NCBI GenBank assembly: GCA_044222475.1
Contig: JBGANF010000006.1
Span: forward strand, 62,379-126,378
Reading direction: 5' to 3'
DNA length: 64,000 nt
Source: Polyangiaceae bacterium
GTDB taxonomy: Bacteria; Myxococcota_A; Polyangia; Polyangiales; Polyangiaceae
Below are positions 61,696-64,000 of this stretch, in pieces. The translations under genes were made by a program, and so were the position numbers. The notes under the pieces are model-generated. The model did no database searches and was not told where the DNA came from. It saw only the letters and a program-made list of their open reading frames with translations. How positions within the stretch are numbered: position 1 is the stretch's first letter; every line of letters begins with the position of its first letter.

Positions 61696-62739
61696 ATGCG
61701 CTTCCTCGTCATGGGCTGCGGCGGCATCGGTGGCATCACGACCGCGCTCCTCGCGGAGAGCGGTCAAGACGTGACCGCCGTCACCACGAACGAGACGATC
61801 GCGCGCGCGGCGGCCGAGCGAGGGCTCGACCTCCGCGGAGAGGGGCCGTCGCGAACCGTGAAGGCGCGCGTGGTGACGAGCGTCCCCGCGGGCGAGCGGT
61901 TCGACGCCGTTCTCCTCTGCACGCAGCCGCCTCAGGTCGAGGGCGCGGCGCGCATGGCGCTCGGCGCACTCGCCGACGACGGGCTCGTCGTCTGTCTGCA
62001 GAACGGCCTGTGCGAGGCGCGGATCGCCAAGATCGCCGGCGAAGAGCGAACGGTCGGCGCGGTCGTCGCGTGGGGCGCGGCGATGGCGGAGCCGGGCGTC
62101 TACGATCGCACCGCTCAAGGTGGCTTCGCGCTGGGTGCGCTCGTGCAGCCGGCGCCGGCGCGCCTGCCCGACCTCGCGCGGGCGCTCGAGGTGATCGGTC
62201 CGGTCGAAGCGACCGACAACCTCGCCGGCAAGCGCTGGAGCAAGCTCGCGATCAACGCGGCGATCTCGTCGCTCGGGACGCTGGGTGGCGATCGGCTGGG
62301 CGCGCTGATGCCCCATCGCTTCGTCCGCCGGCTCGCGCTCGAGATCATGACCGAATGCGTGCATGTTGCACGTAAAGAGGGCGTCCGACTCGAGAAGGTG
62401 AGCGGCACGATCGACCTCGAGTGGATCGCCCTGGACGAGGCCGAGCGCGAGGCGGCTGGGTCGCCCTCGCTCGTGGCGAAGCACGCGCTCCTCCTCGGAG
62501 TCGGGTTCCGCTACCGGCGGATGCGCAGCTCGATGCTGTCCGCGATCGAGCGAGGCCGGGAGCCGGCGGTCGACTTCCTGAACGGCGAGATCGTCAGCCG
62601 GGGTCGCACCTACGGGGTCCCCACGCCGGTGAACGCGCTCGTGCGTGAGATGGTGTGGGACATCTCGAAGAACGGTCGGAAGCCCGGCCTCGAGACCCTG
62701 CGCGAGCTCTTCGATCGAACCGGCCCGCACGGCGGCTGA
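61696..62739 (+). CDS. panE: Ketopantoate reductase family protein
   Basis: GCGGIGG, LQNG, WSKLAIN, SSML, NGEIV. Confidence 0.85.
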   Translation: MRFLVMGCGGIGGITTALLAESGQDVTAVTTNETIARAAAERGLDLRGEGPSRTVKARVVTSVPAGERFDAVLLCTQPPQVEGAARMALGALADDGLVVCLQNGLCEARIAKIAGEERTVGAVVAWGAAMAEPGVYDRTAQGGFALGALVQPAPARLPDLARALEVIGPVEATDNLAGKRWSKLAINAAISSLGTLGGDRLGALMPHRFVRRLALEIMTECVHVARKEGVRLEKVSGTIDLEWIALDEAEREAAGSPSLVAKHALLLGVGFRYRRMRSSMLSAIERGREPAVDFLNGEIVSRGRTYGVPTPVNALVREMVWDISKNGRKPGLETLRELFDRTGPHGG

Positions 62740-62811
62740 CCGCGTCCGCCGAAAATTGCGAGCCGGCTAACAATCTCTGGCGGAGCGCGGTTTCGTGCGC
62801 ATGCTGAATGG

Positions 62812-63834
62812 ATGGACACCGACGGCAGTACGCCGCCGCCCAGCAGCAGTGGTCCTCGCACCACCCCGTCTTCCAAGCGGAACGCCGCGACCGTTCTAGG
62901 GTTTTCGACCGGCCCGGGAGTGGAGACCGAGCGCCTGGCTCAAAGCTTCGATTGGGCGCGCCGCGGAGCGTTGCTCACGCCGCCGACCGTGAGCCTCGGG
63001 TATCGGGTGTTCTGGACGAAACCCCCGGCGATGGGGTTCCTCGATCTCGCGGCGGCCCCGGGCGAGTACGCGATCCTGGGTCGACACGACCACTGCAACG
63101 GAGTGCTCCTCGACGACGCGGGGATCTCGCTGCGGCATCTCCTCATGACGAGCTACCCGCTCGACGGGGGAGGCGTGGCGCTGAGGCTCCTCGACCTGAT
63201 GACGGCCTTGCCGCTCTACCTCGACGACGGGATTCCTCGGCGATCGCTGGTGACGACCGGCGCCGCGCGCCTGCGCCTCGGCTCCTACGTGATCGGGGCG
63301 TTGCCGATCGTCGGCGGGGCGATCGACGGGTCGGCGGCGTTGGCGGAGGCAAGCGCCCCGGTCGAGGTGCACGAGGCGTCGGTTCCGCCGAGGATCACGC
63401 TGTCGTCGGGCCGCTCGACCGGGATCGCGTCGCTGCCGGCGATCTCGCACTCGCAGGTCTTCAGCTATCGCGAGTCGGCTCGGAACCGGCCGCCGGCGGG
63501 GATGGCGCAGATCACGCTCCGCCGGGACTACCACTCGGTGACGGTGGAGGTGCGGGACGACGATCTCGAGCGGGGAATCCTGCTGGGTCGCGCCGATCGG
63601 TGCCTCGATGCCGGGCTCCGCTCGATGCTGACGGCCGCGATCTCGCGGACGCACCTGCTCCTCCTCCGGGACCGGAACCGGACCTTCGCCTTCGACGTCG
63701 CGTCGATGAACGGCACGTACCAAGATGGGAAACGCGTCCGCCGCGCCCAGCTCGACGATCGAGGGTCGACGCTCTGGCTCGGCCCGCGCGAGGGCGTCTG
63801 GCTGGACTACCGGCGCGGCCCGACGCTGCATTGA
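62812..63834 (+). CDS. Protein with two FHA domains
   Basis: LGRH..ISLRH and LGRA..ISRTH..DVASMNGT. Confidence 0.85.
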   Translation: MDTDGSTPPPSSSGPRTTPSSKRNAATVLGFSTGPGVETERLAQSFDWARRGALLTPPTVSLGYRVFWTKPPAMGFLDLAAAPGEYAILGRHDHCNGVLLDDAGISLRHLLMTSYPLDGGGVALRLLDLMTALPLYLDDGIPRRSLVTTGAARLRLGSYVIGALPIVGGAIDGSAALAEASAPVEVHEASVPPRITLSSGRSTGIASLPAISHSQVFSYRESARNRPPAGMAQITLRRDYHSVTVEVRDDDLERGILLGRADRCLDAGLRSMLTAAISRTHLLLLRDRNRTFAFDVASMNGTYQDGKRVRRAQLDDRGSTLWLGPREGVWLDYRRGPTLH

Positions 63835-63925
63835 GGGTCGTCTTCGCGAAGGTTCGCGAACATCGTTACGGAACGTGATCGCGCGGTCCCCACCCCAACT
63901 GATCCGATCTGGATCCAGGATCGCG

Positions 63926-64000
63926 CCAACGTCAGGGGCGCTCCAACGTCAGGGGCTTCGCCCCCGACACCCCCACGGAGAGACTCGAAACTCTCCGGCA
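63926..64000. repeat. Second copy of the REP-like element (runs off the window)
   Basis: 43-nt identity with 55357-55399, preceded by a duplicated CCAACGTCAGGGGC. Confidence 0.88.

Overview
High-GC chromosomal window whose gene content suggests a myxobacterium of the Polyangiales type (inference from many Cys/Asp-rich lipoproteins, Hanks kinase, FHA and TPR proteins, class III cyclases). Positions 1-1926 are the decayed edge of an element integrated at tRNA-Thr(CGT): truncated tyrosine integrase, truncated serine resolvase and a tape-measure-like fragment. The rest mixes housekeeping genes (chrA, lhr, fmt, serC, fadD-like ligase, ArsR-methyltransferase + ahcY, panE) with uncharacterised lipoproteins. 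The most interesting region is 8.3-13.8 kb. It holds (i) a bufferin-like MNIO (DUF692) RiPP locus whose precursor is a lipoprotein with two GQxSCxAxxCG motifs, preceded by an ECF-type promoter, with its DUF2063 partner displaced and inverted, and (ii) nested inside it, a tandem PruR-like (degenerate sulfite-oxidase fold) lipoprotein coupled to a HAMP class III cyclase with guanylate-type specificity residues. Also notable: a solitary RAYT-like HUH nuclease with an N-terminal clamp-binding-like QLGLF motif, several REP-like repeat families, and many apparently leaderless promoters. All calls come from reading motifs by eye; no database searches were run.
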